From the NCBI GenBank assembly GCA_031285625.1, contig JAITVV010000063.1, positions 32,001-96,000 on the forward strand: DNA of 64,000 bases. Direction: 5' to 3'. Shown here one piece after another: positions 9,083 to 19,200 of the stretch; position 1 is the stretch's first letter; the number at the start of each line of letters is the position of its first letter. A program made the translations under genes and the position numbers. The notes under the pieces were generated by a model. That model made no database searches and was not told the DNA's origin. It saw nothing but the letters and a program-made list of their open reading frames with translations. The DNA comes from Prevotella sp. (GTDB lineage: Bacteria; Bacteroidota; Bacteroidia; Bacteroidales; Dysgonomonadaceae).

Positions 9083-11107
9083 TCAATACACTAAAGGAAA
9101 TTGAGAAATTCTTAATGTTGTACATCCATATGGTATCAGTGTGATTTCCTCGGGTTCTCCCTCCCCTGCTCCGCTCCACGAGTGAGGAATAGGACCAGCC
9201 ATTTCATTATACAATCCCCATGTTGGTATTATTTTAGCGTTTACTTTCAATTCGATAGGTGCATTACTCAAATTCCATGGATAATCCGATTTTATCTTTT
9301 CATTATCAATATTCGTCCTGATAAGTTCATTGGCCTTTTTAAAATCAAGACGATGGAGTCCATAATTCCATTTGGTTGTAGGTCGTACTTCCCAGTATGA
9401 TTCGCCGTATCTGTTTTGCTCTGCATCGCTAACTTCTTTCTTTTGCCAGTCTTCACCAATCTTAAGCGCATATACCAAAGGACCTCTCTCTATCGATACC
9501 GAATTCTCATGCCAACCCTCTTCCACTTTTACTTCCATTGGCATCTCCAGTTCTACATAGTCCCCTTTCTTCCAGTCACGGTTTATTATTTCTATTTTTC
9601 CTCCATCTGCCGTTTTATAGGAAACTCCATTTATTGTAATTGAAGCTCCCTTGGTCCAACCTGGTATTCTTATATGGAACGGAAAGTTAACAGAACGTAC
9701 CTTTTTGTCTAAAATATCAATCGTAAACCGTATTTTATTATCCATTGGATAATATGTATTTTCTGTGATGCAAACATCTATATTGTTTGCTACCTTAGCG
9801 GTTACCTCCGAAGGTGAAAATATAAGTGCTGCCAGGCCGCCGTCAGGTGTTGCATACCATAGATTCTGGGTAAACTTAGGCCAGCCCTGATGCATATTTG
9901 AGAAACAGCAAGGATATCCGGTTAATGTACCATATAGAAGATCTGTACCCGCATGGCTGTCATCTTCGTAAAAATTGCGGCGATGGCGGGTAAGCATAAC
10001 CTGATTTGCCTGCTGGAAGTATTGCTTGTGCATAAAATCATCGGTAACCTGAGTAGGTAGTGCATTGAAAGCAATCTTCTCTATATGATCTACCATCGAC
10101 AAATCTCCGGTTATTTCTATCATTTTTTCTAGCGAGTACATCATCTCTACAATGGCACAAAGTTCAACACCCTGTGTGGGATTGTTGCCGTGCAGGGGTT
10201 CATCACCACCATACATGCCCTGCGCTTGACCATTAAACTTCTTGATATCTGCAAACCCCTTTGTTAAGGCCTCTTTGTATTTTTTATCTCCGCTCTGCTG
10301 GTAATAAATAATTGGTTCTTTTAACCCTTGGGCTAGGTTTACACAATGAATACTGCCTTGGCAAGCCATATGGTTTGTTTCCAAAAACATATGGGTAAAA
10401 TCATGTCCCTGCTTATGTAGCAGATTGCCCAAGTCTAAAAGAAAAGTATCACCAGTAATATTATATAGCCAATACACTGCCTGTAAATTATCACACTCCC
10501 GGTATTCAGCCCAGAATGTCCACTTACCAAGAGGTTGATTGGGCAATGTTTCCAGTTGATACTTAAAATACTTTGTCATAAAGTCTACAACACGTTTGTC
10601 TCCTGTTGCAGAATAGTATTGTTGCAATATTTTTAGCACGACCATACGTGGCCACCAGTCGGCAGAGTTATCCCGTTGGATACCTTCTTCTCCCGGATAA
10701 TCTTTAGCAGGCCCAAAGAATCCGTTTGGTTGCTGGCTTTTTAATGCCCACTCTACCCATGGTTGTACTTTGTTTTTCAGTTCCTTATCATCGAGTATAT
10801 ATGCCAGAGGCAACAAGCCATCTATCCAGTAAGGGCCTCTTTCCCACTGATCGCCATCACCACCAAGCCATCCATTACGTTCACCCATTACCAAGGGATA
10901 GAGTGTATCCATATGCCCTGTAGCTCCTGTCTTTTGTCTTTTCAACATTTCCAAAAGCCACCCTTTAGCTTTGACAGAACCTAATGGCAGTTCCATATAG
11001 GGCTTAGTAACAAGAGGTGGTCGGTTGTTCAAATAATTTGTGTTGCTCTGGGCATTGATTAGCAAAGCTACCATACATAAAGTAATTGTTAATAATATTT
11101 TTTTCAT
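9083..11107 (-). CDS. GH127/GH146-like glycosidase (beta-L-arabinofuranosidase superfamily)
   Basis: Signal peptide from ATG 11107. ELC...YPCC Zn-Cys motifs, IERGPLVY, and C-terminal LIPYGCT. Confidence 0.82.
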   Translation of the reverse strand: MKKILLTITLCMVALLINAQSNTNYLNNRPPLVTKPYMELPLGSVKAKGWLLEMLKRQKTGATGHMDTLYPLVMGERNGWLGGDGDQWERGPYWIDGLLPLAYILDDKELKNKVQPWVEWALKSQQPNGFFGPAKDYPGEEGIQRDNSADWWPRMVVLKILQQYYSATGDKRVVDFMTKYFKYQLETLPNQPLGKWTFWAEYRECDNLQAVYWLYNITGDTFLLDLGNLLHKQGHDFTHMFLETNHMACQGSIHCVNLAQGLKEPIIYYQQSGDKKYKEALTKGFADIKKFNGQAQGMYGGDEPLHGNNPTQGVELCAIVEMMYSLEKMIEITGDLSMVDHIEKIAFNALPTQVTDDFMHKQYFQQANQVMLTRHRRNFYEDDSHAGTDLLYGTLTGYPCCFSNMHQGWPKFTQNLWYATPDGGLAALIFSPSEVTAKVANNIDVCITENTYYPMDNKIRFTIDILDKKVRSVNFPFHIRIPGWTKGASITINGVSYKTADGGKIEIINRDWKKGDYVELEMPMEVKVEEGWHENSVSIERGPLVYALKIGEDWQKKEVSDAEQNRYGESYWEVRPTTKWNYGLHRLDFKKANELIRTNIDNEKIKSDYPWNLSNAPIELKVNAKIIPTWGLYNEMAGPIPHSWSGAGEGEPEEITLIPYGCTTLRISQFPLVY

Positions 11108-11132
11108 GGTAATAATTTTCAATTTGAATAAT

Positions 11133-11158
11133 AAGGTACTGCATTACTACAGTACCTT
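11133..11158 (-). terminator. Intra-operon stem-loop between GH97 and the GH127-like gene
   Basis: AAGGTACTG-N8-CAGTACCTT inverted repeat. Confidence 0.55.
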
Positions 11159-11214
11159 TCAATAACCATAAACGCTCCTTACTTATCCCAAAGCTACCTA
11201 AATTAACTCGGGTA

Positions 11215-13155
11215 TTATTCTATAACAGCAGCAAAACCACCGTTTCTGGCCATCTTTATTTGTATTTTGTCACCTGCTTTTACCTGTGTATCTTTTTTGC
11301 GGTAGTCCATTGCCTGACGACCAGCATTAATTCCATCTTCAAAAGAGGTCATTTTATATGACTTACCAGTAGTAAGAAAATCCAGATTAATCTCAAATTG
11401 TCTACTGTTATTATTCGTCATGCCTCCTATAAACCATTTATTACCTTTACGTTTCGCCACAATTGCATACTCGCCGGCTTGTGCTTCCAAAGCACGGGTC
11501 TCGTCCCACGTAACAGGTACACCGGTTAAGAATTCGGTACAGTCTTCATTACGATAATACAAAGTCGGATTATCGGCAAGCATTTGTAATCCACTTTCGA
11601 AAATGACGAACAAGGCTAACTGATAGGCCCTTGTACCTATACTGGCAGAGTTAGGACGGGTACCACAATATCTATCCGGCTGCATACTTATCATTGCTCC
11701 GGGTGTATAATCCATCGGTCCAACAGCATTACGCATAAATGGAAAATAGATGCTATTGTCAGGAGTACAGCCACCCATTTGTTCCATACCTCTAACACCC
11801 TCATAAGACAATACATTAGGATATTTATATTCTAATCCGGCCGGCTTGAATGAGCCATGATAATCTACCAGAATATTGTATTTGGCAGCTTCTTTGGCGA
11901 TGCGCTCATAGTAGTTGACCATCCACTGATCGCTTCTGTCCATGAAGTCGATTTTGACTCCTTTTACGCCCCATTCACTAAATGTTTTGAATATATCAAT
12001 GTTATTCTCTACAACCAACCATGTTAGCCAAAGTATAATACCGACATTCTTTTCTTTTCCATAACGAATCAGTTCATGCACATCTACCTTTGGATTGGGT
12101 GTATATGGATCACGTGTACTCATAGCCCACCCTTCGTCCATAATGATATATTCTATACCATATTTAGAAGCAAAATCTATATAATATTTATAAGTATCCA
12201 GATTAAAACCTGCCTCAAAGTTCACATCCGGCCCATAAGGAGAGGCTTCATTCCACCATTCCCAGCTTACCTGTCCCGGTTTGATCCACGACACATCCGG
12301 TAATTGATTTTTAGTTGCCAAACGGTATGTCATCGTATTTTCCACAAGCTGTTTATCATCTTTTGTAATTACAAAATAGCGCCATGGATAGTTTCTCTTT
12401 CCTGCTGTTTTAGCTATATAATCAGCCTCTTTTACTATTTTCAGACTGCGGTCTCCATCTTCACCAAATTCGAGAGGCGCTTTAGGAAACACAGAATGTG
12501 CGCCATTTGTTCCTGTGCTTTTCAAAAACATGCATGGATAATCAGACAGGTCTGATTCTGATATGAGTATTTTATATTTCTTTTTAGTGTCGATCAATAT
12601 TGGCAATACCGACATCTTATCTGCCAATTTCCATTCGTTGCTCTGTATATGTGTATATGGCTCTTCATATGCAGTTTTAAATCCTCCGGGTTGTTGCAGA
12701 TGAAGCAAATAATTGTCAGGGAAGTTTATCATAAATTCTTCTCCCAGAACTTCCGCATCACCATTCTTATTAGTGATAAAGCGATAAGCAATACCGTCAT
12801 CAAATGCCCGGAATTCAACTGAATAATCTCCTTTAAAATTTAGTAAAAGAGAGTTGTACTGATTTTTTACAGAAGAATACTTTAAAGGAACAACCGGAGT
12901 TAGTACCTCATTTATTTTATTATTTTTTTGTCCTGTTAGTTTTGGGTTTTGCCCCAATACCTCATTGTGCAGACTTAATTGCATAAAGTTATCTTTCAGC
13001 AATACCTCGCTATTATATGCTATTGTATAATATATCTTATCCGAGATATTAAGAGATACTTTTATTTCCCCATTGGGAGACAATAATTCCGCTTTTTTCT
13101 GGGCATTCAAGCTGAATGAAAGAATTAGAAATAATAATAAAAAGTGTTGTTTCAT
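11215..13155 (-). CDS. Glycoside hydrolase family 97 (alpha-glucosidase/alpha-galactosidase)
   Basis: SWIKPG, YIDFAS, IMDEGW, GVKIDF, EGVRGME, GPMDYTPG and VPVTWDET motifs. Start 13155 or 13167. Confidence 0.95.
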   Translation of the reverse strand: MKQHFLLLFLILSFSLNAQKKAELLSPNGEIKVSLNISDKIYYTIAYNSEVLLKDNFMQLSLHNEVLGQNPKLTGQKNNKINEVLTPVVPLKYSSVKNQYNSLLLNFKGDYSVEFRAFDDGIAYRFITNKNGDAEVLGEEFMINFPDNYLLHLQQPGGFKTAYEEPYTHIQSNEWKLADKMSVLPILIDTKKKYKILISESDLSDYPCMFLKSTGTNGAHSVFPKAPLEFGEDGDRSLKIVKEADYIAKTAGKRNYPWRYFVITKDDKQLVENTMTYRLATKNQLPDVSWIKPGQVSWEWWNEASPYGPDVNFEAGFNLDTYKYYIDFASKYGIEYIIMDEGWAMSTRDPYTPNPKVDVHELIRYGKEKNVGIILWLTWLVVENNIDIFKTFSEWGVKGVKIDFMDRSDQWMVNYYERIAKEAAKYNILVDYHGSFKPAGLEYKYPNVLSYEGVRGMEQMGGCTPDNSIYFPFMRNAVGPMDYTPGAMISMQPDRYCGTRPNSASIGTRAYQLALFVIFESGLQMLADNPTLYYRNEDCTEFLTGVPVTWDETRALEAQAGEYAIVAKRKGNKWFIGGMTNNNSRQFEINLDFLTTGKSYKMTSFEDGINAGRQAMDYRKKDTQVKAGDKIQIKMARNGGFAAVIE

Positions 13156-13193
13156 GATTATCTTCATTAATGTTGGGTTACTAAGCAACAATA

Positions 13194-13225
13194 ATTCTAT
13201 CTGCTTTTAAATACACAGATAGAAT
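13194..13225 (-). terminator. Stem-loop between GH125 and GH97
   Basis: ATTCTATCTG-N12-CAGATAGAAT inverted repeat. Confidence 0.4.
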
Positions 13226-13317
13226 ATTGCGCTTCCAATGAACTAAAATATTACCAAATTATCTTTTTCTTTATGGTTGACCATAACGGACATTTATTAC
13301 TTAGACTCTTTTCTTAA

Positions 13318-14793
13318 TTATTTTATTGCATTTAACATATCTAGCCTACCTTCATTTACCTGTTTCAGGATCAATTCTCCAAACAGCGTATTCTGCCATG
13401 CAAACCATGATCTGGTAAAATTTGCAGGATCGTCTTTATGGAAAGACTCATGCATAAAACCCGTTCCGGCTTCTGTTTCCATAAGCATCTTTATACAAGA
13501 TTGTATTTCTTTCTCATCCGTACTGGTAAATGCTTTCATCATGATACTCATTGGCCATATCATGTCGTATCCGATATGTGGGCCGCCTATTCCTTCTCCT
13601 GCCGTACCTTTGAAAAAATACGGATTATCTTTACTCCACACATACTTACGTGTATTTTGGTAGATAGGATCATTTACGTCCATATCTCCCAGATAAGGCA
13701 TAGCCAATAAGCTAGGTACATTGGCATCATCCATCAGATACTGGTTACCAAAACCATCTACTTCAAAAGCATAAATACGACCATATTCCGAGTGATTAAA
13801 GATAGCATATTTCTTTAATGCGACCTCTACCTCTTCAGCCAGATTTTTACATTTCACTGCCAAATCCGCTTTTTTATTCACAGTTTCCAATACTTCTGCA
13901 GCCTTACGTAATGATGTAACAGCAAAGAAATTAGATGGAACCAAAAACTGGAATGTAGTTGCATCATCGGATGGACGGAAACAAGAAACGATGAGCCCTA
14001 CAGGGTTAACCGGATTGCCAAGCCCACCATTATTCATCGTATCCAGCTGACGTTCTGTTACCCGTTGAAACTTATAAGGTCCAGAGCCATCTTTACGTTG
14101 TTGCTCAAGGAATGTCTGCAAAACCAGTTGAATAGCTTGTAGCCATTCTTCATCGAAAATACTGGTATCACCTGTCGTTTTCCAGTAGTGATATGCTAAA
14201 CGAATCGGGTAACAAAGTGAGTCGATCTCCCATTTACGTTCGTGTAACTCCAATTTCATATCTGTCATATCTGACATCCATTGATGATCCGGATTCGGGT
14301 CATGCGGATCAAGGAACGCATTTGCATACGGATCAATGATGATACACTTGAACTGACGACGGATGACTCCGGCTAGCATTGCTTTCAGCTCAGGGTCACT
14401 ATTTGCCAATTGTACATAGGGCCATACCTGTGCTCCCGAGTCACGAAGCCACATAGCATGGATATCACCTGTATATACGACCGTATCATCTTTCCCATCT
14501 GTTTTACGATAACGAACTGTTGTATCCAACGTGTTAGGGAAACAGTTTTCAAACATCCATCCTAGTTTAGGATTCTTAAGAAGTTTTTTAATGCGGACAA
14601 TCTCATTTTCAACAGCCTTAGATTTAAACAATCTTTTGTCCACCGCCGGACGATTACTTTTATAATCTGTAGGTACATTACAATGCACAATTGTATTATC
14701 CTTAGGAACAGTTATTTCATGTGCCTGAAGCTCACCGCTAATCAAAAATATTGCTGCAGCTACAGCACATAATCCAATGTTTCTTTTTCTCAT
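13318..14793 (-). CDS. GH125 exo-alpha-1,6-mannosidase
   Basis: FENCFPNTLDTT, TGDIHAMWLRDS, ERKWEIDSL, MDDANVPSLL, MHESF and FTRSWFAW motifs. Confidence 0.96.
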   Translation of the reverse strand: MRKRNIGLCAVAAAIFLISGELQAHEITVPKDNTIVHCNVPTDYKSNRPAVDKRLFKSKAVENEIVRIKKLLKNPKLGWMFENCFPNTLDTTVRYRKTDGKDDTVVYTGDIHAMWLRDSGAQVWPYVQLANSDPELKAMLAGVIRRQFKCIIIDPYANAFLDPHDPNPDHQWMSDMTDMKLELHERKWEIDSLCYPIRLAYHYWKTTGDTSIFDEEWLQAIQLVLQTFLEQQRKDGSGPYKFQRVTERQLDTMNNGGLGNPVNPVGLIVSCFRPSDDATTFQFLVPSNFFAVTSLRKAAEVLETVNKKADLAVKCKNLAEEVEVALKKYAIFNHSEYGRIYAFEVDGFGNQYLMDDANVPSLLAMPYLGDMDVNDPIYQNTRKYVWSKDNPYFFKGTAGEGIGGPHIGYDMIWPMSIMMKAFTSTDEKEIQSCIKMLMETEAGTGFMHESFHKDDPANFTRSWFAWQNTLFGELILKQVNEGRLDMLNAIK

Positions 14794-14813
14794 ATAATTA
14801 GATATTAGTTATT

Positions 14814-15998
14814 TCATTTATTAATTGCTGCCAGCCTTGCATACATTTCTACCATTGCTGCTTGTGTGAGTAACCATTTTTTATCATCTTTCTGTTTTCC
14901 GCTCCAGTCTGTACTGAACAATCCATGCGTATCCCGCATGCTATTCCAGGCAAAATTGAGATTCTTCTGGAAAGTATCTATATAAGTTCTATCATTATCC
15001 AAATGGTACAATTCGGCAAATCCTCTGAACATAACAGCAATAAACCAAATATCACTTTTCTTCAACAACATGAATTGTTCTCCTTCTGCAGAAGTAAAGT
15101 TTGCAAAAAAGTGATTATGAGCTGATTTTGCTATATTTTGAGCATCAGAAAGGTATATCTTATCTTTTGTCAGTTTATATAATAATGCAGCCGACTGCAT
15201 CATCTGTCCGCTATTGTAAGGATATTTTGCCTCTCCAATCTTTCCATCCAGCCTTATATTATCATAGTACAAATAATCGGAAGAATCCTGCAAGTGTTTT
15301 TTTGTCCATTCATATAGATCTTTACCCTGATAGAAATAAACACTATCCTTTGTGGCTTCAAACAGTTTAAGTGCAAAAACAGAACCCGGAGCATTTGAAC
15401 AAGTATTTTTCGATTCTTTTTTCTGCTCACACCAATAAATGCCTCCATCGAGATTATCATCTATTCCACTGGCTACAAATGTCCATATCAATTTTGCCTT
15501 ATCCAGATACTTTTGTTCTTTGGTCATCATGTAGGTATCCGTAAAGTCTATACCGAGCCATACATTATCGTCATAGAACCGATCCGACTCAGGAGCTGTA
15601 TTTATATATGATGCATATGCGGGAGGATTTCTTTTCTGGTCAAAGTATTCTTCCAACCCGGGCAATACTTTCGTATCAAGTATTTCCTGATATTTCTTGT
15701 CATTCGTAGCTTCAAACAATGCATTCACAGCAGAGAAAGTTCCGGAATAAGGCCATAGATAAGAATACTGATTAGCACTATTCGCCTGTTCCTGTGAGGC
15801 TAGATAAGTTGCAGTAAATGTATTATCAAACGGATAATTTTCACGCAACAGATTTGTATTCGGAGCAGAATAATTCTGATACAAAGAGTCTAATGTTAAT
15901 CGGGCTCTCTGCAAATTTTCACTATTCTCCTCCTTTCTATTACAGCTCAAAAGTATACCGGCACAAATTGTAAATAATAAAATATGCGTTTTTTTCAT
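14814..15998 (-). CDS. GH76 endo-alpha-1,6-mannanase (lipoprotein)
   Basis: Lipobox LLSC; FYDDNVW catalytic motif, GGIYW, SKNTCSNAP, YNSGQM. Confidence 0.94.
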   Translation of the reverse strand: MKKTHILLFTICAGILLSCNRKEENSENLQRARLTLDSLYQNYSAPNTNLLRENYPFDNTFTATYLASQEQANSANQYSYLWPYSGTFSAVNALFEATNDKKYQEILDTKVLPGLEEYFDQKRNPPAYASYINTAPESDRFYDDNVWLGIDFTDTYMMTKEQKYLDKAKLIWTFVASGIDDNLDGGIYWCEQKKESKNTCSNAPGSVFALKLFEATKDSVYFYQGKDLYEWTKKHLQDSSDYLYYDNIRLDGKIGEAKYPYNSGQMMQSAALLYKLTKDKIYLSDAQNIAKSAHNHFFANFTSAEGEQFMLLKKSDIWFIAVMFRGFAELYHLDNDRTYIDTFQKNLNFAWNSMRDTHGLFSTDWSGKQKDDKKWLLTQAAMVEMYARLAAINK

Positions 15999-16036
15999 TT
16001 CATTTTATGTTTTTCAATTCTTATAGTTGGACTTAA

Positions 16037-16178
16037 CAAATATATCTTCTTTTTAAGATTTGTAATATTTCCCAAAAAGCAAACTAAATACATGTCTTAA
16101 AATCATACTATATTGTCTCGGATCTATATATTTGATTACATTGTAAATGGCTTATTATCTTGTAAATATTTATCTTTG
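16037..16178. promoter_or_regulatory. Divergent promoters for the GH76 operon and HTCS, with a putative HTCS direct-repeat site
   Basis: TATATTTG (minus) at 16037-16044, TATCTTTG (plus) at 16171-16178, TGTCT repeats at 16093 and 16114 (21-bp period). Confidence 0.5.
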
Positions 16179-16215
16179 TCCTGATATTATATAAAATTGA
16201 GACCTAATCATACTT

Positions 16216-19200
16216 ATGAGAAGTTACAAGCTAAGTATTCTTTTTTTTCTGGCTGCTTTCATATTTATACTGAATGTAAAAGCATATAACCTGCGACAAA
16301 TATCTAATCAGGATGGTTTATCAAACAGTGCTATCTTATCCATGTGTCAGGATAAGGATGGTTTTATGTGGTTTGGTTCATGCGATGGGCTAAATATGTT
16401 TAATGGTTTGAATATTCAGGTATATAAGCCTACTAATGATAGAAATAATTTATCCGGGAACCTTATAGAAAATGTCATTGAGGCAGAGAATGGTATTTTG
16501 TGGGTACATACCAACTACGGACTGAACAGGTTTGATAAAAAAAGGAATCAAATAAAATCATACAATCAGTTTAAAGGACGATACCTGATACAGAAGGACA
16601 GCAATAATCGTATATATATAATAAATGAGAATGGCATCCACTATTATAATGAAAATAGCGATTCTTTCAAGAGAATAGAATTGGAGAATCTATCCTATAA
16701 GGATATTCTGGATTTTATTGTTCTGGATGACCATATCCAACTATTTACAAGTAATAAGATTAATCCGGCCTATAGAATTGATGAAAATAATGACGATATC
16801 CGATTAGTACAAGATAAGCCTTTTGAACATACGGAGAATCTCTTATTTTGTTTTCACGAAAGGGATTTCCCTGATATAACATACTTTATAGATGATACAT
16901 ACACGCTTTATGAATATCATGTAAAAGACCGGAAGAAGTATTATATATTTAATTTGAAAAATGAGATTGTTAAGAATGGAGAAATATCATCAATAATAAA
17001 ATATCATAATGATTATTTTATTGGCTTCAAAACAAACGGATTACTACGTCTAATCAATATGCCTGACAAATTAGATAACTACCGAATTGAAGATGTGGGT
17101 ATAAAATCAGGGATATTTTGCTTAGCTAAAGATAAATACCAGAATTTAGTATGGGTAGGGACTGATGGACAGGGGGTGTATATGTACTCTAATGACTCAT
17201 ATTCTATCAGATCTGTCATGTTTAACTCTTTTGCAAGGAATATAGAGAAGCCTGTGAGGGCTATACTACTAGATAAAGAGAAAACATTGTGGATAGGGAC
17301 AAAAGGTGATGGAATAGTAAAAATAAAAGATTATGATTCAAAGCAAGTCCCTACAAAATATTTATCGGAATATAGTAATGCTACAAATACGTCCCTTGTT
17401 GATAATTCCGTATACGCATTTGCCAAGAGCAATAAAAACATACTTTGGATCGGATGCGAAACAGGCTTAAACTATTATTCATATAGAGATAGATCGATAA
17501 AAACGATTCAACTCACTGCAAATGGAGAACCTGTTAAGTATGTACATTCGATCTGTGAATTAAACGATACTACCCTCTGGCTGGCAACAGTCGGGACCGG
17601 TATTGTTAAAGCTACGATATCAGGATCATCGGATACTCCTGTATTAAAAAATGCAGAAAGAATCAGGATTCGAGGAGGAAAAGACTCAGAAAATTATTTC
17701 TTCACCATATATAAAGAGGATGAATCCACTCTATGGTTTGGCAACAGAGGGCGTGGTGCTTTCAAGTTGGACGTAAATACATCCAGGTTAGATACTGTTA
17801 TATTTGATAACGGGATAAATCAAACCCTGAATGACATATTTTCCATAAAGAAAGATTCGAATGGAAATTTCTGGTTTGGCACCAGTTTTGGAGTCGTTAA
17901 GTACTCTCCTTACAAAAGGGAAACTGTTTTTAATGAAAGAAACGGATTTCCAAATAATACTATACACGGTATATTATCAGATAATCAAAATAATTTATGG
18001 TTTAGTACTAACCGTGGAATAATCAAATTCAATATAGAGCAGGATAACTTTCAGATATATTCCCATCTGAATGGACTACAGATTATAGAGTATAGTGATG
18101 GAGCATACTTTAAAGATGAAGATTCAGGTACTTTATTCTTTGGTGGAGTGAATGGCTTCACTTCCATAGCAGAAACAGGCTCGGTACAAGAAGAATATTT
18201 ACCCCCAATTCATTTTGATAACCTTATGATATTTGGAAAAGAGAAAAATATATTCGACTTTTTAGATAAGGAGACTCTGGAGTTGAACTATGATCAGAAT
18301 TTTTTCTCTATTTCATTCACAGCCTTGGATTATATTAATGGCAATAACTACACATATTACTATAAACTGGAAGACCTGAGCACACAATGGATCGATAATG
18401 GCACATCGAATAATCTATCATTTACCAGCTTGTCTCCGGGAACCTATACTTTATATATCAAATATATCAATCGATTAACCGGGAAAGAGAGCGCTGTGGA
18501 CTCCATCATTATAAAAATACGGCCACCATGGTATATGTCTGTATGGGCATACATAATTTATGGCATTCTTATTTTATCCGTTATTGCACTATTTATACGA
18601 GCTGCTATTATTCGTGATAAGAAGAAGAAGTATAAAGCTATAATGAAAATGAAGCAACAGCATAAGGAAGAAGTGCAAGAATCAAAACTACGCTTCTTTA
18701 CGAATATTGCTCATGAATTCTGTACCCCATTAACATTAATATATGGCCCTTGCAGCCGCATATTATCACATAATGGATCTGATAAGTTCGTAAAGAAATA
18801 CACACAGCTTATCCAACGAAATGCAGAACGGCTAAATGATCTTATTCAGGATCTTATTGAATTCAGAAGAATAGAGACAGGTAATAAAACGCCCCAAATA
18901 GAGTCGTTATCTATTACAGAGATTGTAAATGATGTTGCAGACTCTTTCAATGATCTGGCTGATTCGAGGAATATTCGCTTTGTCAGGAATATACAAGACT
19001 CTCTTATCTGGAATTCAGATAAAGGTTTTGTATATACTATATTAACTAATCTTGTTTCTAATGCCTTTAAGTATACATCAATCAATGGCTTTATTCAGAT
19101 AGATACTGCAATACAGGAGGACAGATCCCTTATGATGGTTGTATCTAATACAGGGAAAGGGATAAAAGCTGAAAATCTGACTAAAATATTTGATCGTTAC

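Noticed and set aside
18700-18740. HTCS H-box HEFCTPL instead of the usual HEFRTPL
   Set aside because: The phospho-acceptor His and other kinase boxes are present; one substitution is not evidence of a new mechanism.
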